Positions 52,889-62,384 of a stretch of 64,000 nucleotides of DNA are shown here, in pieces (position 1 is the stretch's first letter; the number at the start of each line of letters is the position of its first letter). The stretch is from assembly GCA_963695855.1 (NCBI GenBank), contig CAVOHZ010000010.1, positions 704,001 through 768,000 of the forward strand. Reading direction: 5' to 3'. A program made the position numbers and the translations under genes. The stretch is from an uncultured Nitrososphaerales archaeon. GTDB lineage: Archaea; Thermoproteota; Nitrososphaeria; Nitrososphaerales; Nitrososphaeraceae. Under the pieces are notes generated by a model that saw only the letters and a list, made by a program, of their open reading frames with translations, was not told the origin of the DNA and did not search any database.

Positions 52889-52913
52889 TCGGGTTCAAAT
52901 CCCGACGGCCCCG
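52889..52913 (+). other. tRNA 3'-half fragment (T arm + 3' acceptor strand), att-like relic
   Basis: TCGGG-TTCAAAT-CCCGA-CGGCCCC-G; no 5' half, D arm or anticodon arm upstream. Confidence 0.8.
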
Positions 52914-53607
52914 TTTCAAATATGGTTCTATTTAATTCCGGAGTAGAAAGCGGTTGTCCGACACACTTTCTTCATTCCGAAAGCGCAAGTTGCCAATACG
53001 AAGTAGGTAAGTGTAATTATGATAAGTGCTTTATCTTTATTTACAATAGAAAATATTTAGAGGTATATTGAACTAATACACGATCGGAAAAATAATTAGA
53101 TTAACTATCCTCTTCTTTCTAGGAATAAATATATCATCTATTTATTTCATTTAGTATGTTGGTATGGCATGGCTTGGTTTGGAACCCTAATGCGATGCTC
53201 TAAGGTTATTCCTTGCACACTATCAATCCAAATGAACGTTCTCAGATCTATTTTTGATGATTAATTTCATGATGCTAAAATCTTATCAAATCATAAAGAT
53301 GTTTAGACCTGATGATATGATATTTAAGTTTGAACCATCAATCTTTTGATAAATACTTATTGCCAGCACACTATTGATAACCAGCAAGTTCAATGTAGTT
53401 TGAGTAACCGTAGAAATCAAGGCTAAATATACTTGATTTGTAATTTCCATTTTTTAACTTGTTTTGTTATTTTATAATATTTTTATAACTAAAATTATAA
53501 ACAAGTTATGTTTAGATTTATAGAAAACAATTTCAATCTTTATAAAAAACCAGATATAAAATAAATATAGTCATGGATTAATATTTTCATGTTATTTCAA
53601 TATGGAA

Positions 53608-55377
53608 TTACTTTGTAACTATTAACATCAATACTATTATTCCAAATGTAACAGATAAGAATATCTTAGTCAAATCCATAGACTTATCCAAGGCTCTCGA
53701 ATAATCTTCAAATTGACCATTGCCCATAACTTTAATTGATGTTTTGCTGTCTAATATTTCGTATTTTGCATTTTTGATTTTTTCTTGTGCTTCAGATAAG
53801 ATTTCAATGAAATATTTTGTTGCGTCATCAAAACTTGTAATTTCTCCAAATGGAAAATATCCCTCGGAAGTCCTAAATCCTGAATTTTCATGCGTATCAG
53901 AGGTACAAATATCTAACAATGTAATGCCCTTTTGTTCAAGATCCTCAATAATATGTTCTCGCAATCCATTTTTCATATTATTTGAATCTATCCAACCAAT
54001 AAAATATTGTTTATCATGAATTTGAATCATAAATATCGATATTCCTGCTTTTCCTAAATCTTTATTATTTATGTCACTTTGGATTCCTCTTGTACTGGAA
54101 TAACTTATTTTAAACTCCGACTGAGGGGAATTTCTTAGATTTCTTAAGCAACTTTTTGCAGCATTTACCATATCATTTCTGCTTGTTTCCTCTAGTTTTT
54201 TCCCCATAGCATTATGGCTATCTACTATTAAAATCTTGTCAAAACCAATTTCTTTTGAATATTTCTCTAATTCAGCTAATATACTTTCTGGAACATCATC
54301 CATACCAACGGGTGAATTGGATAAAATTATAAGAGGTATATTTCCGAATGCAATTCCAGTACAAGTGGAACTTCCATTTGTTATCCTTATAGGAATGGAA
54401 CAAGTAGTTCCATTTTGGATTATATTATATGTTGATAAAGATTCTAAATATTTTACAACCTCTTCACTCGATGGAATATTTAACGAATGATCCGAAACAC
54501 TATGAAATACGATTGATTTATAATCATAGTATTCCCAAATTCTAAATGATAAATTACTTCCTCCTATTGTCTTGAACGGTCCAGGATGTATATCTGGTAA
54601 TACTAAATTTATATTTTCGAAATCATTCCCAAACCTAACAATTCTAGTAAATACCGATGCTTCTCTGGATTTAGAGATCAGAATCCTTTCAATATCTTCA
54701 ACTTTATTTTCTGTCCAGGCAGACATAAAAGCTTGTAAGAGAGAAAAAGTACTTTGAATATATGGACGACCTGATCTATCTACTAATATAGCCCACGCTA
54801 TCCCTAAACCTAATATAATGAAGCCAAAACAGATGGGAAGGGGGTCTGTCAGCCCCTTAAATGAATTTAACGGAGTTATGACAAATAATAAGAGGAATGG
54901 TTGATAGATTGCTGTTTTTATTGCTTTTTTTAGGCCTGCTCCAAAAACTGATGTAAATATACCTATTCTTAACCCAATTGCTACCATCATCCCTTCTATT
55001 ATATGTCCAATAGGAATATTGTCTTTGTTGAATATCATATAGGAAACTATACCCAGAACTAAAATTGCCATCCAAAGAAGATTTGAAAATGCTGAAACAT
55101 GGAGTATCTTGGAAAACTTGTTGACAGGCGTATCACGCAACAAATAAAAATCTAAAAAATAACTACAAATTAAAAAACTTAAACCCAATATAGAATAAAT
55201 GATAATATGAGCTGAATCCTGTAGGAAATAAATTTCTGTTAGTATAATAATTAACAGTGAGCTAATTATAGATATTATTAATGAAACCTTATAAGATGAA
55301 AAGTTTATTCTTGTGAAAGACCATCTTCTGTGGATATTAGAAACACTATCATGGTCCTCTCCCATTACTTGAGCCAC
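53608..55377 (-). CDS. DUF2070-family membrane protein
   Basis: N-terminal TM bundle; HPGPF, DSHNA, DSNN and TSDTH motifs. Confidence 0.85.
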   Translation of the reverse strand: MAQVMGEDHDSVSNIHRRWSFTRINFSSYKVSLIISIISSLLIIILTEIYFLQDSAHIIIYSILGLSFLICSYFLDFYLLRDTPVNKFSKILHVSAFSNLLWMAILVLGIVSYMIFNKDNIPIGHIIEGMMVAIGLRIGIFTSVFGAGLKKAIKTAIYQPFLLLFVITPLNSFKGLTDPLPICFGFIILGLGIAWAILVDRSGRPYIQSTFSLLQAFMSAWTENKVEDIERILISKSREASVFTRIVRFGNDFENINLVLPDIHPGPFKTIGGSNLSFRIWEYYDYKSIVFHSVSDHSLNIPSSEEVVKYLESLSTYNIIQNGTTCSIPIRITNGSSTCTGIAFGNIPLIILSNSPVGMDDVPESILAELEKYSKEIGFDKILIVDSHNAMGKKLEETSRNDMVNAAKSCLRNLRNSPQSEFKISYSSTRGIQSDINNKDLGKAGISIFMIQIHDKQYFIGWIDSNNMKNGLREHIIEDLEQKGITLLDICTSDTHENSGFRTSEGYFPFGEITSFDDATKYFIEILSEAQEKIKNAKYEILDSKTSIKVMGNGQFEDYSRALDKSMDLTKIFLSVTFGIIVLMLIVTK

Positions 55378-55379
55378 TA

Positions 55380-55583
55380 TTATACTGGAAATATGACTCT
55401 GATCAATATAGAAATTGCTATTAACCCTCCAGTAACCCCGAGAACTATTTCTGGTTTTACCTTGACTCCTTTAGTCTCATCCTCAAAAAATCTTAACAAT
55501 CCTGCGCTAGAAGCGGGTAATGGTGCATTCTTCTTTTTACTACTCAATTCGATAAACTTCAGCACAGTATTACTTAAATACAT
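55380..55583 (-). CDS. secG: Preprotein translocase subunit Sec61beta/SecG
   Basis: SSAGLLRFFEDE...P followed by a single C-terminal TM segment; true start probably later than the ORF start. Confidence 0.88.
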   Translation of the reverse strand: MYLSNTVLKFIELSSKKKNAPLPASSAGLLRFFEDETKGVKVKPEIVLGVTGGLIAISILIRVIFPV

Positions 55584-55847
55584 ATCGGTTTATCTAAAGA
55601 CTACTCGAGACTCGAATTTGAAATTATAGCTATATGATTTTGTTAGTCTTTTAAAAGATCCAAACTAAAACTAATATTTAGAATGTTTGAATGTTTGAAT
55701 AACCATTCGCAAGAAATTAAATATTTTCAATTTAGACTCTTGTTTCAGATTGCTTTATATACATAACCAATATGATAGATTTAGTATCTGCACTTTTTAC
55801 TTGGTAAGGCTTAATAAGAACATATGAAAAGAATAGGTAAATAAAAT

Positions 55848-56156
55848 ATGGCGGTTATTTGTAAAAAATGTGGATTACCTGATGATTTATGCCCTTGTGG
55901 TGAACTAGAAAAGGAAGAAACGAGAATCATAATCCGCCTAGAAACAAGGAGATTTTCAAAGACTACTACTTTGATTGAAGGAATTGATCCTAAAATAACC
56001 AATATGCAAAATATTGTAAAAGAATTAAAGAGCCAATTTGCTTGTGGCGGTACAGCAAAAGACGGGTTCATCATGTTACAGGGGGATCATAGAGATGATG
56101 TTAAAGGATATCTAATAAAAAAAGGATTTAATGAAGAGGCAATAGAAGTTCAATAA
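55848..56156 (+). CDS. Translation initiation factor SUI1 (aIF1)
   Basis: CKKCGLP..LCPC, LKSQFACGGT and LQGDHR motifs. Confidence 0.95.
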   Translation: MAVICKKCGLPDDLCPCGELEKEETRIIIRLETRRFSKTTTLIEGIDPKITNMQNIVKELKSQFACGGTAKDGFIMLQGDHRDDVKGYLIKKGFNEEAIEVQ

Positions 56157-56298
56157 TTTGCGCAGTTGAAACAAAGAATTTTTATAGAAACGTCCATTTT
56201 ACAAAAATAGTTTATAAGCTATTATGGCAATATTTATATTGTAGAATAAAACATAAATAATACGGTTTAAGTTATTAAAAAGTTTTATGGTGAAATGA

Positions 56299-57213
56299 AT
56301 GGTTAAAGATATTTCGTTATTTGGTGATCGTTGTCCTAGATGTGGTAAAGGTCCGATGGTAACCGATAATTCCACAGGTGAAATGTTTTGCGGCAATTGT
56401 GGTTTTGTAATCAATGAAAGAATTGAGGAAACCGGACCTGAGTGGAGAGCTTTTTCTAAAGAAGAACATGAAGATAGAAGTAGGGCAGGAATTCCTACTT
56501 CCTTGGCGATGCATGATATGGGACTAGCCACAATAATAGGTCCTATAGACAAGGATGCATCTGGAAAACCATTATCTTCTTCTATGAAAAGCACCATTGA
56601 AAGGTTAAGAACTTGGGATAGTCGAAGTCAGGTACATGAACCGGTTGATCGTAACTTTAGACAGGCGTTCAGTGAGTTAGATCGATTGAAAGATAAATTA
56701 GCTGTTGGCGATGCTGTTATAGAAAAAGCAGCGTATGTGTATAGAAAAGCACTCGAAAAAGGGCTTGTTAGAGGAAGGTCGATTTCAGCATTAGTCGCAG
56801 CTGCATTATATGCTGCTTGTCGTGATACAGAAACGCCCAGGACTCTAAAAGATATAGCAAACGCTAGCAATATTAAGAAAAAAGATGTCGCTAGGTGTTA
56901 TAGATTATTAATCAGAGAGTTGGATTTACGCATGCCTGTTGTCGATCCGGTTAAATGTGTTGCCAGAATAGCAAGTAAGGCTGGATTATCAGAAAAAACA
57001 AAACGTAAGGCGTTAGAGATACTAAAGAAAGCAGAAGAAGGTAAGATATCAGCCGGTAAAGATCCTATGGGGCTAGCAGCTGCGGCTCTTTATGTAGCTT
57101 GTGTAATGAATGGTGAAAATAAGACCCAAAAAGATGTAGCAGAAGCAGCGGGTGTTACAGAAGTGACAATCAGAAATAGATACAAGGGATTAAAAACACA
57201 CTTAAAACTATAA
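56299..57213 (+). CDS. tfb: Transcription initiation factor IIB
   Basis: Zn ribbon, GPEWRAF, two cyclin repeats, GVTEVTIRNRYK. Confidence 0.97.
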   Translation: MVKDISLFGDRCPRCGKGPMVTDNSTGEMFCGNCGFVINERIEETGPEWRAFSKEEHEDRSRAGIPTSLAMHDMGLATIIGPIDKDASGKPLSSSMKSTIERLRTWDSRSQVHEPVDRNFRQAFSELDRLKDKLAVGDAVIEKAAYVYRKALEKGLVRGRSISALVAAALYAACRDTETPRTLKDIANASNIKKKDVARCYRLLIRELDLRMPVVDPVKCVARIASKAGLSEKTKRKALEILKKAEEGKISAGKDPMGLAAAALYVACVMNGENKTQKDVAEAAGVTEVTIRNRYKGLKTHLKL

Positions 57214-57274
57214 TTCTTATTTAATATGTTTTTTACGAAAATGTGGATATTTATGATGATGATTTAACATAGTT

Positions 57275-59650
57275 ATGATTATTCAAAAAATTGTAGTCCT
57301 TTTAATTCCAATTTTAGGTACCATAATACTTTCTTCCTTAAATTCTATTGATTCAAAACCTATTATAAAAGGTCCTTACATAGATGACGTCAAATTCATT
57401 CATTATCTTGATGAGAATGTTGCCTTAGAGGAAATAAAGTCTGGCAATCTAGATATGTATTATTTCCGTGTTCCCTTGGATTTGGTTCCCAGCATTCTTG
57501 CTGATGACGATATTAAATTATATGATAAAGTGTCTGGAACATTCGGTATTCTTCTAAATCCGGCACCGGCAGAAGATGGCAGTATTAATCCATTCCAATT
57601 CCGTGAAATAAGGTATGCTATGAATTTTTTAATTAATAGAAACTTTATTTCTAACGAAATATTGCAAGGATACGGTTTTCCATTATTTGATCCCTTTGGA
57701 CCGCTTTCTCCTGATTATCGTGTGGTAATGGATACTGTCGAATCATATGGTTTTCATTACGATCCCGAATTTGTTTCGAATATAATTGGAAAGGTTTTAC
57801 AACAAAATGGGGCATTTCTTGAAGACAAAAAATGGTATTTTAATGAAAAACCAATTACATTAAAAATTCTCATAAGAAGCGATGACCAACAAAGAAAAGT
57901 ACTTGGTGAATTGATATCATATGAACTCGAGAAGATGGGATTTACCGTGTTAAAAGATTATGGAGATCTAAACAAATCACTAAGAATCTTACAAAATACT
58001 AATCCACAAGATCTTCAATGGAATATATATACAGAGGCATTTACTAGTAACGCATTTTCTAGATATAACGAAGATATAGTCGCTCAGTTTTATGCGCCAT
58101 GGTATGCAAACATGCCGGGTTATCAAAATCCAGGATTCTGGCAATATCAAAATTCAACATTAGATTTTTTGACTCAAAAATTGGTTTTTTCAAACTTTAC
58201 CTCAGAGGGTGAAAGAAATATGTTATTAGAAGAAGCAACAAAGATGGGAATCGAGGAATCTGTACGAATATTTCTAGTAAAGAATATAGATCCTTTTGCT
58301 GCTTCATCCTCTGTTTCTGGATTAGTAAATGATTTTGGAGGAGGAATAGCTAACAAATATTCCTTATTTAACGCTAAATCCAACAAAACGAATTCTCTTG
58401 ATATAGGTGTTAAGCAAATCTATCAAGGAGCATGGAATACTATTGGGGGGTTCAGCGATACTTATAGTAGCAACATCTATTCAAATATAGCTGATAGTTC
58501 AATTCTCCGACATCCTTTTACAGGCGATGTTATATCTATGAGAAATGAGGTCGTAAATGTAACTACGAATGGACCATATAATAAACTTAAAGTCCATCCT
58601 GAAGCAATAATTTGGAATAGTTTCCACGGATGGATACATGCAGATCATAATTCTACTTCTCTAAGTAAGGTAATTAATAAGATACTTTATTCGAATTGGC
58701 ATCACGGGATTCCAATGGACAAATCCGATCTCCTTTATACTTTGTATTTTATGTTTGAATGGGGATCTAATTACGGTGCAGACGATCTTACACAAGATCC
58801 AGAATATACGTCACGTGTAGAAGTAAGTCTTCCTTTAATGAAGGGGATTCGATTTCTTTCTAATGATACTATAGAATCTTTTATTGATATATGGCATTAT
58901 GACAGCAAGGAAATAACAGGATATGCAGGATTGTGGCCACAGGAACCATGGGAAATTTCTGCTGCCACTGAAAGATTAGTCCTTTCAAATGTTCTTTCAT
59001 TTTCCAAATCTCAAGCTACTACAAAAAATGCAGAATGGTTATCGTTAATAATTCCAGGACATGCAAATTTGATAAAAAAAGAATTAATAAAAATGAAAAA
59101 TGAAAATTTTATTCCTTTACCATTAAAAAATATTGTAATTCTGGAAGAGGCAAAGAAAAGATATGATGCAAGCATAAAATGGATTGAAGATCATAAACAT
59201 GCTGTAATAAGCAACGGTCCATTTTTCTTGGACTCGTATAATCCAGCAGGAAGAACCATGGAAATAAAGGCATTCCGTGATCAGACCTATCCTTTTGAAC
59301 AGGGATATTGGTCACATCTAGAAAAACCAAAATCTATTCAGCTAACAAACTTTACAACTGACAAATTTATAAAAATCAGAGAAGAAAAAGTAATCGATTT
59401 TCAAGCTCTAGTTGATAATTCGCCTCAATCCAATATCTCCATTTATTACTTTCTTATTGATTATTCCGGGAAAATAGTGAATTCAGGGACGGCTAAAAAG
59501 ATCAACGATGTTGGATCTTTTCAAATTCAATTGCACAAAAATCTAACTGAAACATTAAGGCAAGGACCGCTTTCATTAAAAATATTTGCGAATACTAACG
59601 AAGCATTGAAACCATTCATTTCAAATAACCTCTACTTAGTCATTAAATAG
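57275..59650 (+). CDS. ABC transporter substrate-binding protein, family 5 (peptide/nickel type)
   Basis: Signal peptide; NPFQFREIRYAMNFLINR, WHHG and SNGPFFL motifs. Confidence 0.85.
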   Translation: MIIQKIVVLLIPILGTIILSSLNSIDSKPIIKGPYIDDVKFIHYLDENVALEEIKSGNLDMYYFRVPLDLVPSILADDDIKLYDKVSGTFGILLNPAPAEDGSINPFQFREIRYAMNFLINRNFISNEILQGYGFPLFDPFGPLSPDYRVVMDTVESYGFHYDPEFVSNIIGKVLQQNGAFLEDKKWYFNEKPITLKILIRSDDQQRKVLGELISYELEKMGFTVLKDYGDLNKSLRILQNTNPQDLQWNIYTEAFTSNAFSRYNEDIVAQFYAPWYANMPGYQNPGFWQYQNSTLDFLTQKLVFSNFTSEGERNMLLEEATKMGIEESVRIFLVKNIDPFAASSSVSGLVNDFGGGIANKYSLFNAKSNKTNSLDIGVKQIYQGAWNTIGGFSDTYSSNIYSNIADSSILRHPFTGDVISMRNEVVNVTTNGPYNKLKVHPEAIIWNSFHGWIHADHNSTSLSKVINKILYSNWHHGIPMDKSDLLYTLYFMFEWGSNYGADDLTQDPEYTSRVEVSLPLMKGIRFLSNDTIESFIDIWHYDSKEITGYAGLWPQEPWEISAATERLVLSNVLSFSKSQATTKNAEWLSLIIPGHANLIKKELIKMKNENFIPLPLKNIVILEEAKKRYDASIKWIEDHKHAVISNGPFFLDSYNPAGRTMEIKAFRDQTYPFEQGYWSHLEKPKSIQLTNFTTDKFIKIREEKVIDFQALVDNSPQSNISIYYFLIDYSGKIVNSGTAKKINDVGSFQIQLHKNLTETLRQGPLSLKIFANTNEALKPFISNNLYLVIK

Positions 59651-59826
59651 TTTTACTAATCTTATATTTATATAGCTTTTTCTGATGCTCTCTTTTTATT
59701 TTTTTGTTTTTTATAATATTATTAATTTTTTATCATGAGATTATGTTGTCAATTATTAGAATATCAAACTATATCGATATCGATATTTTTATATTTTCAA
59801 GTTTTTATTACTTTACATTATATTCC

Positions 59827-60759
59827 ATGAGCTTTTCTATTGCTGTTCCTATATCTGTTTCAACGGCATATAGTCCTGGTCATATTACAGGTTTCTTTGA
59901 AAAACCACCCAATCACTTTAAAGATAATCCTCTTTCTGTTGGTTCTCAGGGTGCTGGTTTTTCAATAAAAAAAGGTGTTACAACTACTGTAGAATTATAT
60001 GAATCATCTAAAATGTCTTATGAAATTTTTATAAATGGTTTGATGGTAAAAAATGCTCCTGTATCTGATTGGATCGTTAGACGCTATATTGAAGAGTGCG
60101 ATTCTAATTTCTTGATAAAAATAAAACATCTCGTTGATATTCCCATTGGTTTTGGTTTGGGTACCAGTGGAGCTGGAGCGTTAAGCTTATCCTATGCACT
60201 TAATCAAGTTCTAGATACAAAGTTTAGTATCGAACAGGCCGCACAAATTGCTCATGTCGCAGAGTTACATTGTAAAACGGGTTTTGGTACTGTGCTCTCT
60301 GAATTTTATGGAGGAATAGAAATTAGAACTAGTTTTGGGGCACCAGGTATTGGAAAAGTCACTAAAATTGAGCCAAAAGATCATTTAGCTATAATTTTGT
60401 GTATCAATCCAATTTTTACAAAAAAAATTCTTCCTACGTATTCAAATAGAGCAAATATATTAGCTAGACAAATGGTGGACCAATTACTTGTTTCTAGGGA
60501 TCTCAAAGATTTTCTAAAATTTTCAAGAAAATTCGCTGATTTTCTAGGCCTAACTAAGGGTATTTGCGCCGCACCATTAAATGAACTTGCTAGTAATGGA
60601 ATATATTCGAGTGTAGCCCTTTTCGGTGAAACTATATTTACTTTGGTACCAAAGAATGAAGAAAAAAAAGTAAGTTCTATCTTAGGTAAATTTCAAGGAG
60701 TTCTGGTTGTTAGTGATATTGATACTAAAGGAGCGGTATTAAGAAATCGTGATCAATAA
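59827..60759 (+). CDS. pok: Pantoate kinase (GHMP family)
   Basis: SPGHITGFF and PIGFGLGTSGA motifs; CoA cluster context; ATG at 59827 preferred. Confidence 0.9.
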   Translation: MSFSIAVPISVSTAYSPGHITGFFEKPPNHFKDNPLSVGSQGAGFSIKKGVTTTVELYESSKMSYEIFINGLMVKNAPVSDWIVRRYIEECDSNFLIKIKHLVDIPIGFGLGTSGAGALSLSYALNQVLDTKFSIEQAAQIAHVAELHCKTGFGTVLSEFYGGIEIRTSFGAPGIGKVTKIEPKDHLAIILCINPIFTKKILPTYSNRANILARQMVDQLLVSRDLKDFLKFSRKFADFLGLTKGICAAPLNELASNGIYSSVALFGETIFTLVPKNEEKKVSSILGKFQGVLVVSDIDTKGAVLRNRDQ

Positions 60760-61513
60760 TCATATCCCGTCAAATCATCCTAGAGCAAAGTCTCTCTATA
60801 TTCGAAATTTACTTGTAACTGGTTTTAAATCTGGATTAGTGGTCCCAGAAGGATTAATGGCACATGGAAGAGGTGAAGCTTTTGATTACCTCATAGGAGA
60901 ACATACTTCTGTCTACGCATCACATGCCATTAAGGCCGCATCATCTCTATTATTATTGGCAGATCATGCGGTAATTTCGGTTAATGGAAATTCTGCAGCT
61001 TTATGTGCTAGGGAAATGGTAGAATTAGCTAATTATTCTAGTGCATTTTTAGAAGTGAATTTATTTTATAAGAGTCGTGATCGGGAATATCTTATTTCAG
61101 AAACACTAAAGAAGAATGGAGCTAATATTGTTCTTGGGCTAGATAAAAAGAATTCTATAGATATTACCGACCTAACTAGCTCAAGAAGACATGTGGATCT
61201 TGAAGGAATATACAAAGCAGATGTTGTATTAGTACCTTTAGAAGATGGGGATAGAACAAGTGCTTTAATCAAGATGAAGAAAAAAGTAATAACAATAGAT
61301 TTAAATCCTCTTTCAAGGACCGCCCAATCAGCCACTATCAGTATTATTGATAACATTGTGCGGGCTATGCCCTACCTCGTTGAAACAACAAAAAAAATAA
61401 AAAACATGAAAAAGAGCTCGCTTGAAAAAATCGTGGAAGAATATGATAATCAATATAATCTGGACAAGTCTATAAAATTAATACGTGAAAATGCAGGCTC
61501 AAAACTTAGATAA
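60749..61513 (+). CDS. pps: Phosphopantothenate synthetase (4-phosphopantoate--beta-alanine ligase)
   Basis: AHGRGEAFDYLIGE, VPLEDGDR and IDLNPLSRT motifs. Confidence 0.93.
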   Translation: MINNHIPSNHPRAKSLYIRNLLVTGFKSGLVVPEGLMAHGRGEAFDYLIGEHTSVYASHAIKAASSLLLLADHAVISVNGNSAALCAREMVELANYSSAFLEVNLFYKSRDREYLISETLKKNGANIVLGLDKKNSIDITDLTSSRRHVDLEGIYKADVVLVPLEDGDRTSALIKMKKKVITIDLNPLSRTAQSATISIIDNIVRAMPYLVETTKKIKNMKKSSLEKIVEEYDNQYNLDKSIKLIRENAGSKLR

Positions 61514-62366
61514 TGGTACTGATAAAAATAGATCAAGAAAATTAACAGTTACTGAGTTCATTTTAATGAAGAATAGAGAAAAAATTTCGATGGTTACTTC
61601 TTATGATTATTGGAGTTCGAAAATATGTGATAAAGCAGGAATAGATGTCTTGCTGGTTGGAGATAGTGCAGGCATGGTAATGCTTGGATATGATTCTACT
61701 GTCCCAGTTAGGATGAAAGAAATGTTGTTATTTACAAGAGCAGTAGCACGTGGTACAAAAAGAGGGCTAATTGTATCCGATATGCCACTTGGATCATATC
61801 AAACAGATACTATGCATGCTATAAGAAATGCAATAAGATTTATCAAAGCTGGTAGCGACGCCGTGAAATTAGAGGGCGGTGTTGAGGTCGCAGACAAAAT
61901 AAAGGCAATTGTCAACTGTGGAATTCCAGTTTTGGGTCACATTGGATTGAAACCACAAACAGCAAAACTCTGGGAGGGATATAAAGTCCAAGGTAATACA
62001 TGCGCTTCTGCTTCTGATCTTATTAAGGATGCAAAAGAGCTGGAAAAAGCTGGGGTTTTTGGAATAGTTCTTGAATTGGTAACATCGGAGATATCGAAAT
62101 TAATTTCAAAAAATGTAAGAATTCCAACAATAGGAATAGGTTCAGGGCCTTATTGTGATGGCCAGGTTCTTGTACTTCATGACATGTTGGGTTTATATGA
62201 TGATATTAAACCTCGGTTCGTGAAAAATTATACTTATATGTCCAAGCATATTTTTCAAGCAACACAGAATTACATAAATGAAGTAAAAACAGGAGTTTTT
62301 CCAGAAGACAAACATACTTTTCATATGAAAAAAGATGAATATAATAAATTAAAAGCGGGAAAATAA
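61485..62366 (+). CDS. panB: 3-methyl-2-oxobutanoate hydroxymethyltransferase
   Basis: LVGDS, AVKLEGG, GHIGL and DGQVLV motifs. Confidence 0.96.
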   Translation: MKMQAQNLDNGTDKNRSRKLTVTEFILMKNREKISMVTSYDYWSSKICDKAGIDVLLVGDSAGMVMLGYDSTVPVRMKEMLLFTRAVARGTKRGLIVSDMPLGSYQTDTMHAIRNAIRFIKAGSDAVKLEGGVEVADKIKAIVNCGIPVLGHIGLKPQTAKLWEGYKVQGNTCASASDLIKDAKELEKAGVFGIVLELVTSEISKLISKNVRIPTIGIGSGPYCDGQVLVLHDMLGLYDDIKPRFVKNYTYMSKHIFQATQNYINEVKTGVFPEDKHTFHMKKDEYNKLKAGK

Positions 62367-62384
62367 ATCATGTAATACTATAAA

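Larger units (their letters stand above)
42729..53242. mobile_element. Decaying integrated element (provirus- or satellite-like) flanked by direct repeats of the rnpB 3' end
   Basis: 42729-42767 versus 53204-53242 match at 30/39 ungapped (16/17 in the core GGTTATTCCTWGCACAC); integrase fragment next to the left repeat; terminase pseudogenes; housekeeping genes resume outside. Confidence 0.8.

Noticed and set aside
52889-52913. Possible complete tRNA gene
   Set aside because: Only the T arm and 3' acceptor strand are present; the upstream sequence does not form D or anticodon arms.
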